Shown here: piece by piece, positions 23,194 to 36,600 of the stretch
How positions within the stretch are numbered: position 1 is the stretch's first letter
How the letters are laid out: each line of letters opens with the position of its first letter
Assembly: GCA_965644295.1 (NCBI GenBank)
Contig: CBFFRP010000455.1
Coordinates: forward strand, 1 to 64,000
Origin: Paraphysomonas bandaiensis
Lineage: Eukaryota > Protista > Chrysophyceae
DNA length: 64,000 nt
Direction of reading: 5' to 3'
Notes under the pieces: generated by a model
Told to the model about the DNA's origin: nothing
Seen by the model: only the letters and a program-made list of their open reading frames with translations
Databases searched by the model: none
Program-made: the position numbers and the translations under genes

Positions 23194-23411
23194 TATGTAC
23201 GTATGTATGTATGTATGTATGTATGTATGTATGTATGTATGTATGTATGTATGTATGTATGTATGTATGTATGTATGTATGTATGTATGTATGTATGTAT
23301 GTATGTACTGTATGTAGTAATGTATGTATGTATGTATGTATGTATGTATGTATGTATGTATGTATGTATGTATGTATGTATGTATGTATGTACTGTATGT
23401 AGTAATGTATG
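23194..23411 (+). repeat. (TATG)n microsatellite, interrupted
   Basis: Two blocks each ending TACTGTATGTAGTAA; ~290 bp upstream of ATG 23700. Confidence 0.95.
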
Positions 23412-23699
23412 TGTGTGTACCTAGCGACGTCTGTATGTTTGTATGTGTGTATGTCTAGATGCGTGTAGGTACCACGGGTACGTACATGACGGTAACTCCG
23501 TCCGTGTTCTTGGTTGAAGAAATATCTTTTCTGTGGTCTGTCCCCATGTATGATATAACCATATAGGAATTCCTACTGCCCTTGCGATAGATGTATGTGT
23601 ATGTGTATGTGTAGGTATATTTATACTCTCATCTCATTATTTTACAGTATATTAACACTCTATTAGTCTCATATATCTGTGTATATTATCAGTATTGAT

Positions 23700-24287
23700 A
23701 TGTCTAATGATGAATGGAATTGTTATTCTGCTGCTGAGTGTGGTGACTTGAATGAACTGAAGCGGCTTCGTTCACTGGACCCTCCATGTCCCTGGGATGA
23801 AAGAACTTGCAGTGGTGCTGCAGGGGGTGGACACTTTGATGTTCTGAAGTGGCTTCGCTCACAGGACCCACCATGTCCATGGGATGAAAGAACTTGCAGT
23901 TCTGCTGCTGGTAGATATGGACAGTTGGATATGCTGAAATGGCTTCGTTCACAAGACCCTCCATGTCCATGGGATGAAAGAACGTGCGCTCATGCTGCAG
24001 CGTGTGGAGATTTGAAGGTACTAAAGTGGGCTCGTTCACAGGACCCTCCATGTCCATGGGGTGTAAACACTTGCACTGCTGCTTCTAGAAATGGACAGTT
24101 GGATGCTCTGGTGTGGCTTCGTTCACAGGACCCTCCATGTCCCTGGAATGAACTGACTTGGAAAGCTGCTGCAGAAGAAGATTTTTTGCATATTCTGATG
24201 TGGCTTCGTTCACTGGACCCTCCATGCCCTGGGATAAGCGGACCTTATGCGGAGTTGCAACCGACAGTAGGGTCTGGTAGCCATTAA
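23700..24287 (+). CDS. Ankyrin-like DPPCPWD repeat protein (6 repeats), no F-box-like N-terminus; frameshifted last repeat
   Basis: Paralog of 10009-11370; the last repeat reads PWDKRT only in another frame, and the stop lies in a hAT-TIR-like sequence. Confidence 0.7.
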   Translation: MSNDEWNCYSAAECGDLNELKRLRSLDPPCPWDERTCSGAAGGGHFDVLKWLRSQDPPCPWDERTCSSAAGRYGQLDMLKWLRSQDPPCPWDERTCAHAAACGDLKVLKWARSQDPPCPWGVNTCTAASRNGQLDALVWLRSQDPPCPWNELTWKAAAEEDFLHILMWLRSLDPPCPGISGPYAELQPTVGSGSH

Positions 24288-24434
24288 GCTTTATAATGGC
24301 GGGGAAATGGGCCCATTAAAATGGGCCATCAATGACATTTACTGATAAGTGATATATGCTATAAATAATTAAATGTTTTTAAGATATAGTATCTTTTTTA
24401 CTCTCCGAAATTTATTTTTCTAGTTGATGGAAAG

Positions 24435-24590
24435 GGAAACATGGCATCCCTGAAATCTGCGCGAATTACATGTACAAGTCATGCATTACTATCCCGCATA
24501 AACACAACAAAGGCGAATACGAATGGGGCGGCAACCACATCTGCGCGCGATCTATGTTGTCAGTCAGCTACGTTGGTACCATTGGTGGGC
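24435..24590 (+). repeat. Family A fragment
   Basis: AAATCTGCGCGAATTAC, GGGGCGGCAAC, GTCAGCTAC shared with 12595-12750. Confidence 0.7.
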
Positions 24591-24921
24591 CATACTAGGT
24601 GCCTATAGGTACTTCATGCATACCTATTAGGTAACTAGCTATATGTATTCCTAGCGACCCTACCAACAGGTAGGTGCCTATTTCTTATCTCTCACCATCT
24701 GTAGGTACCATAAAATCATACCTATATGTGCCTCGTATTACTTATTGGTTAGTTGTTATTTACCAATAGGTGACTCAGCCCGCAGCCCACATTACCTATA
24801 AGGACCATCATATTTATATTACATGTTACATGCCGTCATCATCATTATTAGAGCCACTGGCACTAGATATACTATTACTTTTGTGTTCTGAAAGTAAGAA
24901 GTCATCAGTGTCAGAGTCGAT

Positions 24922-25918
24922 CATGTTATTAGGTCGCAACAATTACACTTTCTGTGAAGTTGATGTTACCAGAGTCATGGAGCGTATCCTCACGTCTGGA
25001 ATATGGCATTGGCGACTCTTACCGACCCCATGATCACTGATTTCTAATCATTTTGCCATCAATGGACGCTAGAGAATTATACTGCGCTCCGTGACCGACT
25101 CTATGGTAATAATCTGGATCGTGCACCTGGATACTGGAAGGTTAATGGTGCCTTACTTCCGCACAAACTGGCTCATCCAAGGTCAAGGCACAAGGAATGC
25201 CTGCGGAAACTCCTAACTGATCCAACTCTCCCGATTTGGAGCTCCGCCACTCCAAAGAAACTCTCTCGCAGAGCCTGGAATACCTCCCTTCCGCAGGTTG
25301 AACGATTCTGGTCAGGAGCAATTACCGAAGCTCAAATGGAAAGCGTTTTCGGAACACACTACCATTGCTCCCTCAATACGCGTGGATAACGTACCATTGA
25401 AACAGCAATTGTTACCCTCCTTCAACCGCTTTATACGGCAGCCAATCAAATGCACCAAGATCGCAGTGGGAGTTATGCTGCTGCCACCAAGAAGGGGCAA
25501 CAAAGACTCCTCCCTAGACTGAGGCAGCGACGTGGACACACACGAAGGCCCCCCAGCTCGCGCTCAAAATGCAGTAATATGCGATTTAAATTGAGCAACT
25601 CCCAGCGAAAGCCACGGGTTCTCCGCTTACTGCGCGTACAGCGGAGACCTAATGCGGTCCCGCCATCCCCGCCCCAGCAGAGACGCCACAACGCCAACTC
25701 CTTCAACTGACGTCCGCAGAGAGCCTCTCCCCCTCACACAAGAACGGAAGTGGTTGTACCTTGATGCTTGCGGCGACGCACAAGGAGCTTATGTAGCGTT
25801 AAATAGTAGGATATGAGAATTTACAGTTACTGGTAGAGGTCGATCTAGCTTGACTAGTCTTCATCTAACTGCTTATCTAGTTTCGATTCTTGACGCCTAC
25901 TACAAATAATAAGACTTC
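24922..25918 (+). mobile_element. 5'-truncated non-LTR retroelement remnant (decayed ORF end plus structured 3' tail)
   Basis: Long frame with a stop and a frameshift ending at 25710; 25741-25917 aligns with the 3' module 50893-51080 of the TSD-bounded retroposon; ends AATAATAAGACTT; no RT motif visible. Confidence 0.55.
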
Positions 25919-26928
25919 CGCACTGCATACGTGCTAGGTATCTAGCTATAGGTATTCCTAGCGACCCTACCAACAGGTAAGTGCCTATTTCTTATTTCTC
26001 ACCACCTGTAGGTACCATAAAATCATACCTAGTATAGGTGCCTCGTATTACCAATAGGTGACTCAGCCCTCAGCCCACATTACCTATAAGGACCATCACA
26101 TTTATAGGGGTCTTGGTCATAGGTATTACCTATAGGTGAGTTGTCATATACCTATAGGTGCTAGCGCATATTGCCTATAAGTATCGGACAGATAGCCTAT
26201 CTACTATCTACCTAGTACCACACAGATAAAGTACTGTGCCTGTCTGGCAAGCAATAAATTCCATAGTAAGTCGTATTTTTGTTGTGAAGAATAACTATTC
26301 ACGTCACTTATATATACCAGGGGAATATATTATAGAATTACATGCCGTCATCATCATTATTAGAGCCACTGGCACTAGATATACTAGTACTTTTGTCTTC
26401 TGAAAGTAAGAAGCCATCAGTGTCAGAGTTGATAGTGTTCTTTGTAGAATGGTTATTTTCTTGCATAGTATTGTGCTGCATTTCTATTGCACCAGAGTCA
26501 TTCCTGTTCATAGATACCTCGCTATCGTCGGCCTTATTATAGTCAGCATTTACCGAATCATTCTACTCGCAACAATCGAAGCTTTTCTTGGAATATACCA
26601 AAATTCGGCCCTCTCGCTATAAAATCATGAGTACAATCTGGAATAACTCGCACCATCTCAATCAATTATATGTAGCATAATATCTGCTGCCATCAGCGAT
26701 TGTAAAGTACCTCTACATTGTATTTGCAAAAGAACAAAACTACTCACTCATCACAATGAATCCATACACTCAGCAATAGAGATGCTTGCAGTCGTCATAT
26801 GATGATAGTTGTGACACTGATATTACTAGTAATTGAACTGGTTGATTATCTCTACTATCATCTCTGTTATGATCTGTTGGTGTTCATTATTATGCAAGGG
26901 GTTCATATATAGCACCACACACATACAG

Positions 26929-26959
<31 letters not shown>

Positions 26960-27051
26960 TGTATGTATGTATGTATGTATGTATGTATGTATATGTATGT
27001 AGGTATGTATGTATGTATGTATGTATGTATGTATGTATGTATGTATGTATG

Positions 27052-27082
<31 letters not shown>

Positions 27083-27490
27083 GTATGTATGTATGTATGT
27101 ATGTATGTATGTATGTATGTATGTATGTATGTATGTATGTATGTATGCATGTATGTATGTATGTATGTATGTATGTATGTATGTATGTGTATGTAGGTAT
27201 GTATGTATGTATGTATGTATGTATGTATGTATGTATGTATGTATGTATGTATGTATGTATGTATGTATGTATGTATGTATGTATGTATGTATGTATGTAT
27301 GCATGTATGTATGTATGTATGTATGTATGTATGTATGTATGTATGTATGTATGTATGTATGTATGTATGTATGTATGTATGTATGTATGTATGTATGTAT
27401 GTATGTATGTATGTATGTATGTATGTATGTATGTATGTATGTATGTATGTATGTATGTATGTATGTATGTATGTATGTATGTATGTATGT
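26929..27490 (+). repeat. (TATG)n microsatellite upstream of the C2 gene
   Basis: ~560-bp array ending 140 bp before ATG 27630. Confidence 0.98.
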
Positions 27491-27629
27491 AGTATGTGTA
27501 TTATTGGACTGTTACTCTGTCTATTCCATCTCGCAACTTGCTGCTTAGTAGAATTCATAATCTAATTCCTCCTTATTACTGTCTTTATGATCTCTGAGAG
27601 TCTATTGCATTCCACACTCAAGTCCTGAT

Positions 27630-30600
27630 ATGGGCGCTATAATCTCCTCTGAAACAAAAGTCATTCAAGACATCTCTAACTGTAAGTCCATTCCACGCAT
27701 CAGTCACAGCATAACACTGTTATAGGGACATACACTAAAGTATGTGATATATGTCAAGAGTATGCAAGAGGGAAGTATGGGTTCATGTTAGACTATAGAG
27801 CAGTTCAACAGCTCACTGGCATGAACGCAGCTGATAGTGAGTCTGTAGTTACTGTACTATCTAAAGATGGGGGCATGTAAGTTGATATTTAACATCAATT
27901 ATTGAGTGTTCTCTATGTTAACTTCTATCGTTAGTGTAAATTCATTATCATTGATTATCACTCTACATATGCTTGGTGAGTGTGAGTCCCTGCCGACCCG
28001 TGTGGGAAACATATTCGACACTGGGGACTTTGCAGGCACGGGTGATATGAATCGTGACGAGCTGGTATGTATAATCTGGTATATTCAGATGTATATTCAT
28101 GTTGAATGCAATAAACAGGCCGTTCTGTTGCTATGTATTGCCTTCACCAGTGCAGCATTGCTGGGTATGAAAGAGAACTGTCCAACTGAGGAGAACATGG
28201 AGATCTTAGCTGGTGACGTATATCTCTATTTGGAAAAGAGCCAGTCTAAACGTGTATCGAGAGAGGAATTTGTTGAGTGGGCAGTGAATTCTGTAGAAAA
28301 TCTGTCCGAACCGACTCTAGGGGTCATCTTCCGAGAAGTTTTTCTACAGCAGTCAAGGAGTAAACTGAGGCGAAGTGAAAGTGGCATGCTATCAGAAGGA
28401 AAGAAGCCAGTATTAGAAAGTAGCACAACGGTGGAGATAGTTGAATTACTTGATAATGTGGCTGGCGGGTACTTGGAGATATATTCTATTGCCCTCACTA
28501 ATATCCGAAATAGACGTACGTGTCGTAATGTACAATGCGTTTTCGATCGTGTTGTGTAGTTGCTGTGGCTATGTCATAATGTGCGATACCTTTGCGTAGT
28601 TGAGTAGTGGGGATCGCACATTATACAATCACTCATGTAAAATGCGATATATGGTGCCATCAGTAATCTCTGTTATTTTAGGAGGAAAAGAACACGACCC
28701 TTATGTCGAATTTATGGTCGGTGATGGCAAGGTTTGGACACAGATCACTCCGATTCGACATAATGTCGGGCATTCAGTTGAGTGGAATGAACTTGACCTT
28801 TCTGGAAGCATCACCCCAAAGGAGATGCGACAAGAGGGTGTGAGCCTAAGAGTCATGGATCGCATTGAGGGTAAGGGCAAGGAGAGACTCATCGGTACAG
28901 GAAGAATCGCTTGCAGAGCGATGTTCGAGCATGTGGACCACTGGGTGGACATTGAGGGTGAAGTAGTCGATGCTTATGGAGACTACGCAGGTATTCACAA
29001 TATCATATCTGCCTTATATGAGTACTCGAGGTTAAAGATGGATTGATGCAATGCTCAGGGAATTATGCACTGAAGGCGCGATTCCGCATGAAACCACCTG
29101 AGAACCCCCAAGAAAATGGCTACCTTGATGTATGTCAGGTGGCGGTAACTCATCTATCAAATACCAGTAAGATATAGCGTAACACACGGCTTGACTGCTT
29201 AAAATATGATTAGGTGGAATACTGGAGGACCAGCATGACTTGGTTGTTGATATGAAAGTTGGGAACGGTCGAGCTTGGTCTCACGCTACAAACCCTGCTG
29301 TAGATGCAAAGAAAGATGCTGTATGGAATATAGCGATTTCAAGCCGCATCAGTCGGAAGGAGGTATTGACTGGACTGATTCATTTGCGCGTGAAGGCCAC
29401 AACTTCGTTCTCTACTGAGCTCATTGGAAGAGCGGTTGTGAGTGATACGGACCTGCTGTTCATTTCTGATAACCAATGGGTACAATTCATTGGGGAGCTT
29501 TTTTCCAAAGAGAATGGGATATGTGGACGCTATTCACTCACTGTAAAGTATCGCTTGGAGGACATGGAGGCCTGCTTCAACATAGTTCCGGCTGACCACA
29601 ATATTTCTGCTCCTCCTTGTTCTCGAATAAGAAAATCCATCGAGGAAAAGAGTGGTTATCTTGAAGTCCTCTTTTTGAATTTGCAACATCTACATAGTGA
29701 AGGTAGTGGTGTACATGTGCCAGTATATTCCAAAGTGAAATAATGTTTTATTATGGACAGAATATGTTGTATCACAAGGGATCTATGCTGAGATCCACCT
29801 AGGTGATGGGAAAACGTGGCGGTTCTGCACTGCGGCTAGGAAGGGTTGCTGGGAACTTGCTTCTTGGAATGGTCTTGATCTTTCGGGGAAAGTTTTGCAG
29901 TCACAACTGCTGAGCAGTCCTTTGATTGTCCGAGCCAAGGTTGAAGGGGACAAAACGGGCAGCTTCATCGGGAAAGCATCTATTGCATGCCAATCTCTGG
30001 TGGATAATGTAAATCGCATCATAGGGTTCCGAGGAAGGCTTGTAGACAAACATGGCAGCGAAGGGTGTGGCAACTATGACATTAAGGTTCGGTATCGAGA
30101 TGAGTCGTTTGACGATTCCGGGTACTTGGACGTATTCAATGTGGAGCTAAGAGAAATTGGCGGGGACATAGGTATGAATATAGGGTTCTCTGTAGTGTGT
30201 GCCAACTAGCGCCGCAGGAGGTAGCGGTCTAAACTTGAGCGTTGAAATCAGCGTCGGGGAGGGCACTACGTGGCGGCATGGTACAGAGGAAGTAGAAAAC
30301 GTCACAACGGAGGCGTCATGGTACACGCAGATATCCGGACCAATAACACAAGCTGAAATCGCGCAAGGGAGTATCGTATTACTCATAAAGCATAGAGGTG
30401 AATCTGGAGACCGAGTGATCAGTGAGACTGTAATCAGTGATGGCGACGAGTTGTTTACTCGTGAGAACAAATGGGTTCAGCTTGCTGGGAAAATAAGTAG
30501 TAATGTCGAAAGACTTCAACTGCAGTATTCCGTAGGCTGTAAATTTCGATTTGAAGATGTGTATCCTTCATTCCCACGACCTCCGGAAGTAGTTAAAGAA

Positions 30601-33600
30601 GCTGTGGAGGAACCGCATGTAGACGAAGTGGATATGTACGATCCCAATGCCGGATATTTAGATGTTTTCAAGTTAGACCTGACGAATTTGAAGAATAAAG
30701 GTGGTCACATGCTGTATTTCTACTCTGATTTTTACGTGCATTGCAGTTGGTATATTTGGAAAACAGTTTCCATATGCTGTTCTACGCGTTGGGTTTGGTG
30801 ACTCTTGGATGCATATACTTGAGCCTGTGACCAATGCTGGTCGTAAGGCATCATGGCGAAAGAATATAACGGGTTCAGTGAAACGAAGTGAAATTATTGA
30901 CGGAGAAGTTTACATCGATGTGAAATCTAAGAACTCGGCGTCTGACGATAAATTCATTGGTAGCGCTTTAATCAGTGATGGAGAGAAACTCTTTGAACAT
31001 GAGAATGAATGGGTTCAGCTCTTCGGCGACTTGGCTGACGAGAAAGGAAGGCCAGCGGGGAAATATTCCGTTAACATAAAGTTTCGTGGGGACCAAACGG
31101 AAGCGGAATTCCCGGAAAATCCTTTGGAGGAGTCAGTGGAGGAAGATAAACAACGGCGGAATTTCGTTTCGTCACATTCAACGAAAGCAGATATCCAGGA
31201 AATCGGGAAAGGTGATGACGAGGCACTGATTCCAGTAATTGACCCCACAAGTATTACTCCACGACACGGAGTGTTAGACGTTGCACTCATAAAATTAACG
31301 GACCTTAAAAACACCAGTATGTGGGCAGTATGGTTTTCTCAGTCAACTGATTGTATTGTTTAGGTGGAATTTTTGGTATCCGACAGAGCCCCTATGCAGA
31401 GCTGTCCGTTGGTAATAATTTAAAGTTTAAAACCGACCCCATTTTGCATGGCGGAAGTGAAGCTTCATGGCAGACTTGTGGTTCTTATCCCGTCATGAAC
31501 AGCAATATTGTAACACAGGGGCTGATTCTATATGTGCGGTCGAAGAATTCTTCTTCTGGCGATATAGAGATTGGTCATGCACTATTGAGTCACGGAGCTG
31601 AATTATTTGACAAAATAGATGAGTGGGTTGATATTCAAGGAGAAATAGAGGATGGTGATGGTAACTTTGCTGGTAAGTTTTCGGCCAGTTTACGGTACAG
31701 CAATGTGGGCAGTGAAGTTAGTGCGGCTGAGGTTGACCCATCTATATTGTCACCTGAGGAGCAGTGCGTGAGTGATAATCCAAACGTGGGGACATCAACC
31801 GCTTTATCGTCAGGTGGGTGTGAAGAGCCCGAATCAGTTGTTGACTCTACTGCGCCTGGATGCCTAGAGGTGCAACATGTGTCACTATGGCGTTTGAAAA
31901 ATACAGGTATAGTAGGATGTGGTGTGCGTTATATATGAAATTGTGAGGGTAACACTATTCTACCATGTAGAGGGTCTCCTTAGTGGCAAACAGGACCCAT
32001 TCGTGGAGCTGATTGTAGGAGACGGCACAGTGTGGAAGTACGTAAGTGATGTTAAGGAAAATTCTGGGGTCAGAGCTTCTTGGAATCTGAATATATCTGA
32101 GAGAATGGAGTTGTCAGCTTTGAAAGAGGGAATGTTAACGCTTCGTGTGATGGATCGGGACCCGAATAAAGATAAGCTCATTGGAAGATCTGCTGTTGAC
32201 TTACAAGCACTTTTCACTGGGTTAGATGAGTGGGTGGAAATTGAAGGCATACTGGTTGATGTCAATCAGCAGATGGCAGGGGAGTATATTCTTCGGATGC
32301 GTTACAGAACTAAGGAGGAGGATAGGGGGAAACTTCAAGTTCGAAAATTAGCAATGACTAGCTTAAAGAACACAGGTAGTACTGTGTGTATATAAGTTTT
32401 TAATTTGTTGTCTTAATTATACTTCTGTGAGACAGAGGGACTGTTTGAGGGGAAACAAGACCCTTACGCTGTCATGACACTCGGCAGCGGGTCGAAATGG
32501 AAGTTTCGAACCGATGTTTTGGAAGATGCTGGTGTCGAAGCCTCCTGGGACTTAAATATATCTGGCAGAGTAGGAGAAGACGACATAACCCAGGAATTAA
32601 TAATATGTGCGAAAGATAGCGACAGCAAGGGTGACAAAGTAATTGGACTTTCCCATGTTGATTTAGAACCTGTGCGATCTGGAGCTTCGCAATGGGTTGA
32701 TATTCAAGGAGAAATAGAGGATGGTGATGGTAACTTTGCTGGTAAGTTTTCGGCCAGTTTACGGTACAGCAATGTGGGCAGTGAAGTTAGTGCGGCTGAG
32801 GTTGACCCATCTATATTGTCACCTGAGGAGCAGTGCGTGAGTGATAATCCAAACGTGGGGACATCAACCGCTTTATCGTCAGGTGGGTGTGAAGAGCCCG
32901 AATCAGTTGTTGACTCTACTGCGCCTGGATGCCTAGAGGTGCAACATGTGTCACTATGGCGTTTGAAAAATACAGGTATAGTAGGATGTGGTGTGCGTTA
33001 TATATGAAATTGTGAGGGTAACACTATTCTACCATGTAGAGGGTCTCCTTAGTGGCAAACAGGACCCATTCGTGGAGCTGATTGTAGGAGACGGCACAGT
33101 GTGGAAGTACGTAAGTGATGTTAAGGAAAATTCTGGGGTCAGAGCTTCTTGGAATCTGAATATATCTGAGAGAATGGAGTTGTCAGCTTTGAAAGAGGGA
33201 ATGTTAACGCTTCGTGTGATGGATCGGGACCCGAATAAAGATAAGCTCATTGGAAGATCTGCTGTTGACTTACAAGCACTTTTCACTGGGTTAGATGAGT
33301 GGGTGGAAATTGAAGGCATACTGGTTGATGTCAATCAGCAGATGGCAGGGGAGTATATTCTTCGGATGCGTTACAGAACTAAGGAGGAGGATAGGGGGAA
33401 ACTTCAAGTTCGAAAATTAGCGATGACTAGCTTAAAGAACACAGGTAGTACTGTGTGTATATAAGTTTTTAATTTGTTGTCTTAATTATACTTCTGTGAG
33501 ACAGAGGGACTGTTTGAGGGGAAACAAGACCCTTACGCTGTCATGACACTCGGCAGCGGGTCGAAATGGAAGTTTCGAACCGATGTTTTGGAAGATGCTG

Positions 33601-36600
33601 GTGTCGAAGCCTCCTGGGACTTAAATATATCTGGCAGAGTAGGAGAAGACGACATAACCCAGGAATTAATAATATGTGCGAAAGATAGCGACAGCAAGGG
33701 TGATAAAGTAATTGGACTTTCCCATGTTGATTTAGAACCTGTGCGATCTGGAGCTTCGCAATGGGTTGATATTCAAGGAGAAATAGAGGATGGTGATGGT
33801 AACTTTGCTGGTAAGTTTTCGGCCAGTTTACGGTACAGCAATGTGGGCAGTGAAGTTAGTGCGGCTGAGGTTGACCCATCTATATTGTCACCTGAGGAGC
33901 AGTGCGTGAGTGATAATCCAAACGTGGGGACATCAACCGCTTTATCGTCAGGTGGGTGTGAAGAGCCCGAATCAGTTGTTGACTCTACTGCGCCTGGATG
34001 CCTAGAGGTGCAACATGTGTCACTATGGCGTTTGAAAAATACAGGTATAGTAGGATGTGGTGTGCGTTATATATGAAATTGTGAGGGTAACACTATTCTA
34101 CCATGTAGAGGGTCTCCTTAGTGGCAAACAGGACCCATTCGTGGAGCTGATTGTAGGAGACGGCACAGTGTGGAAGTACGTAAGTGATGTTAAGGAAAAT
34201 TCTGGGGTCAGAGCTTCTTGGAATCTGAATATATCTGAGAGAATGGAGTTGTCAGCTTTGAAAGAGGGAATGTTAACGCTTCGTGTGATGGATCGGGACC
34301 CGAATAAAGATAAGCTCATTGGAAGATCTGCTGTTGACTTACAAGCACTTTTCACTGGGTTAGATGAGTGGGTGGAAATTGAAGGCATACTGGTTGATGT
34401 CAATCAGCAGATGGCAGGGGAGTATATTCTTCGGATGCGTTACAGAACTAAGGAGGAGGATAGGGGGAAACTTCAAGTTCGAAAATTAGCGATGACTAGC
34501 TTAAAGAACACAGGTAGTACTGTGTGTATATAAGTTTTTAATTTGTTGTCTTAATTATACTTCTGTGAGACAGAGGGACTGTTTGAGGGGAAACAAGACC
34601 CTTACGCTGTCATGACACTCGGCAGCGGGTCGAAATGGAAGTTTCGAACCGATGTTTTGGAAGATGCTGGTGTCGAAGCCTCCTGGGACTTAAATATATC
34701 TGGCAGAGTAGGAGAAGACGACATAACCCAGGAATTAATAATATGTGCGAAAGATAGCGACAGCAAGGGTGATAAAGTAATTGGACTTTCCCATGTTGAT
34801 TTAGAACCTGTGCGATCTGGAGCTTCGCAATGGGTTGATATTCAAGGAGAAATAGAGGATGGTGATGGTAACTTTGCTGGTAAGTTTTCGGCCAGTTTAC
34901 GGTACAGCAATGTGGGCAGTGAAGTTAGTGCGGCTGAGGTTGACCCATCTATATTGTCACCTGAGGAGCAGTGCGTGAGTGATAATCCAAACGTGGGGAC
35001 ATCAACCGCTTTATCGTCAGGTGGGTGTGAAGAGCCCGAATCAGTTGTTGACTCTACTGCGCCTGGATGCCTAGAGGTGCAACATGTGTCACTATGGCGC
35101 TTGAAAAATACAGGTATAGTAGGATGTGGTGTGCGTTATATATGAAATTGTGAGGGTAACACTATTCTACCATGTAGGGGGTCTCCTTAGTGGCAAACAG
35201 AACCCATTCGTGGAGCTGATTGTAGGAGACGGCACAGTGTGGAAGTACGTAAGTGATGTTAAGGAAAATTCTGGGGTCAGAGCTTCTTGGAATCTGAATA
35301 TATCTGAGAGAATGGAGTTGTCAGCTTTGAAAGAGGGAATGTTAACGCTTCGTGTGATGGATCGGGACCCGAATAAAGATAAGCTCATTGGAAGATCTGC
35401 TGTTGACTTACAAGCACTTTTCACTGGGTTAGATGAGTGGGTGGAAATTGAAGGCATACTGGTTGATGTCAATCAGCAGATGGCAGGGGAGTATATTCTT
35501 CGGATGCGTTACAGAACTAAGGAGGAGGATAGGGGGAAACTTCAAGTTCGAAAATTAGCGATGACTAGCTTAAAGAACACAGGTAGTACTGTGTGTATAT
35601 AAGTTTTTAATTTGTTGTCTTAATTATACTTCTGTGAGACAGAGGGACTGTTTGAGGGGAAACAAGACCCTTACGCTGTCATGACACTCGGCAGCGGGTC
35701 GAAATGGAAGTTTCGAACCGATGTTTTGGAAGATGCTGGTGTCGAAGCCTCCTGGGACTTAAATATATCTGGCAGAGTAGGAGAAGACGACATAACCCAG
35801 GAATTAATAATATGTGCGAAAGATAGCGACAGCAAGGGTGACAAAGTAATTGGACTTTCCCATGTTGATTTAGAACCTGTGCGATCTGGAGCTTCGCAAT
35901 GGGTTGATATTCAAGGAGAAATAGAGGATGGTGATGGTAACTTTGCTGGTAAGTTTTCGGCCAGTTTACGGTACAGCAATGTGGGCAGTGAAGTTAGTGC
36001 GGCTGAGGTTGACCCATCTATATTGTCACCTGAGGAGCAGTGCGTGAGTGATAATCCAAACGTGGGGACATCAACCGCTTTATCGTCAGGTGGGTGTGAA
36101 GAGCCCGAATCAGTTGTTGACTCTACTGCGCCTGGATGCCTAGAGGTGCAACATGTGTCACTATGGCGTTTGAAAAATACAGGTATAGTAGGATGTGGTG
36201 TGCGTTATATATGAAATTGTGAGGGTAACACTATTCTACCATGTAGGGGGTCTCCTTAGTGGCAAACAGAACCCATTCGTGGAGCTGATTGTAGGAGACG
36301 GCACAGTGTGGAAGTACGTAAGTGATGTTAAGGAAAATTCTGGGGTCAGAGCTTCTTGGAATCTGAATATATCTGAGAGAATGGAGTTGTCAGCTTTGAA
36401 AGAGGGAATGTTAACGCTTCGTGTGAGGAGCAGGAATTCGAATAAAGATAAGCTCATTGGAAGATCTGCTGTTGACTTACAAGCACTTTTCACTGGGTTA
36501 GATGAGTGGGTGGAAATTGAAGGCATACTGGTTGATGCCAATCAGCAGATGGCAGGGGAGTATATTCTTCGGATGCGTTACAGAACTAAGGAGGAGGATA

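Noticed and set aside
26338-26800. Minus-strand low-complexity frame ending NNDDDGM*
   Set aside because: Upstream sequence has multiple stops and no recognisable motif; cannot be supported as a gene.
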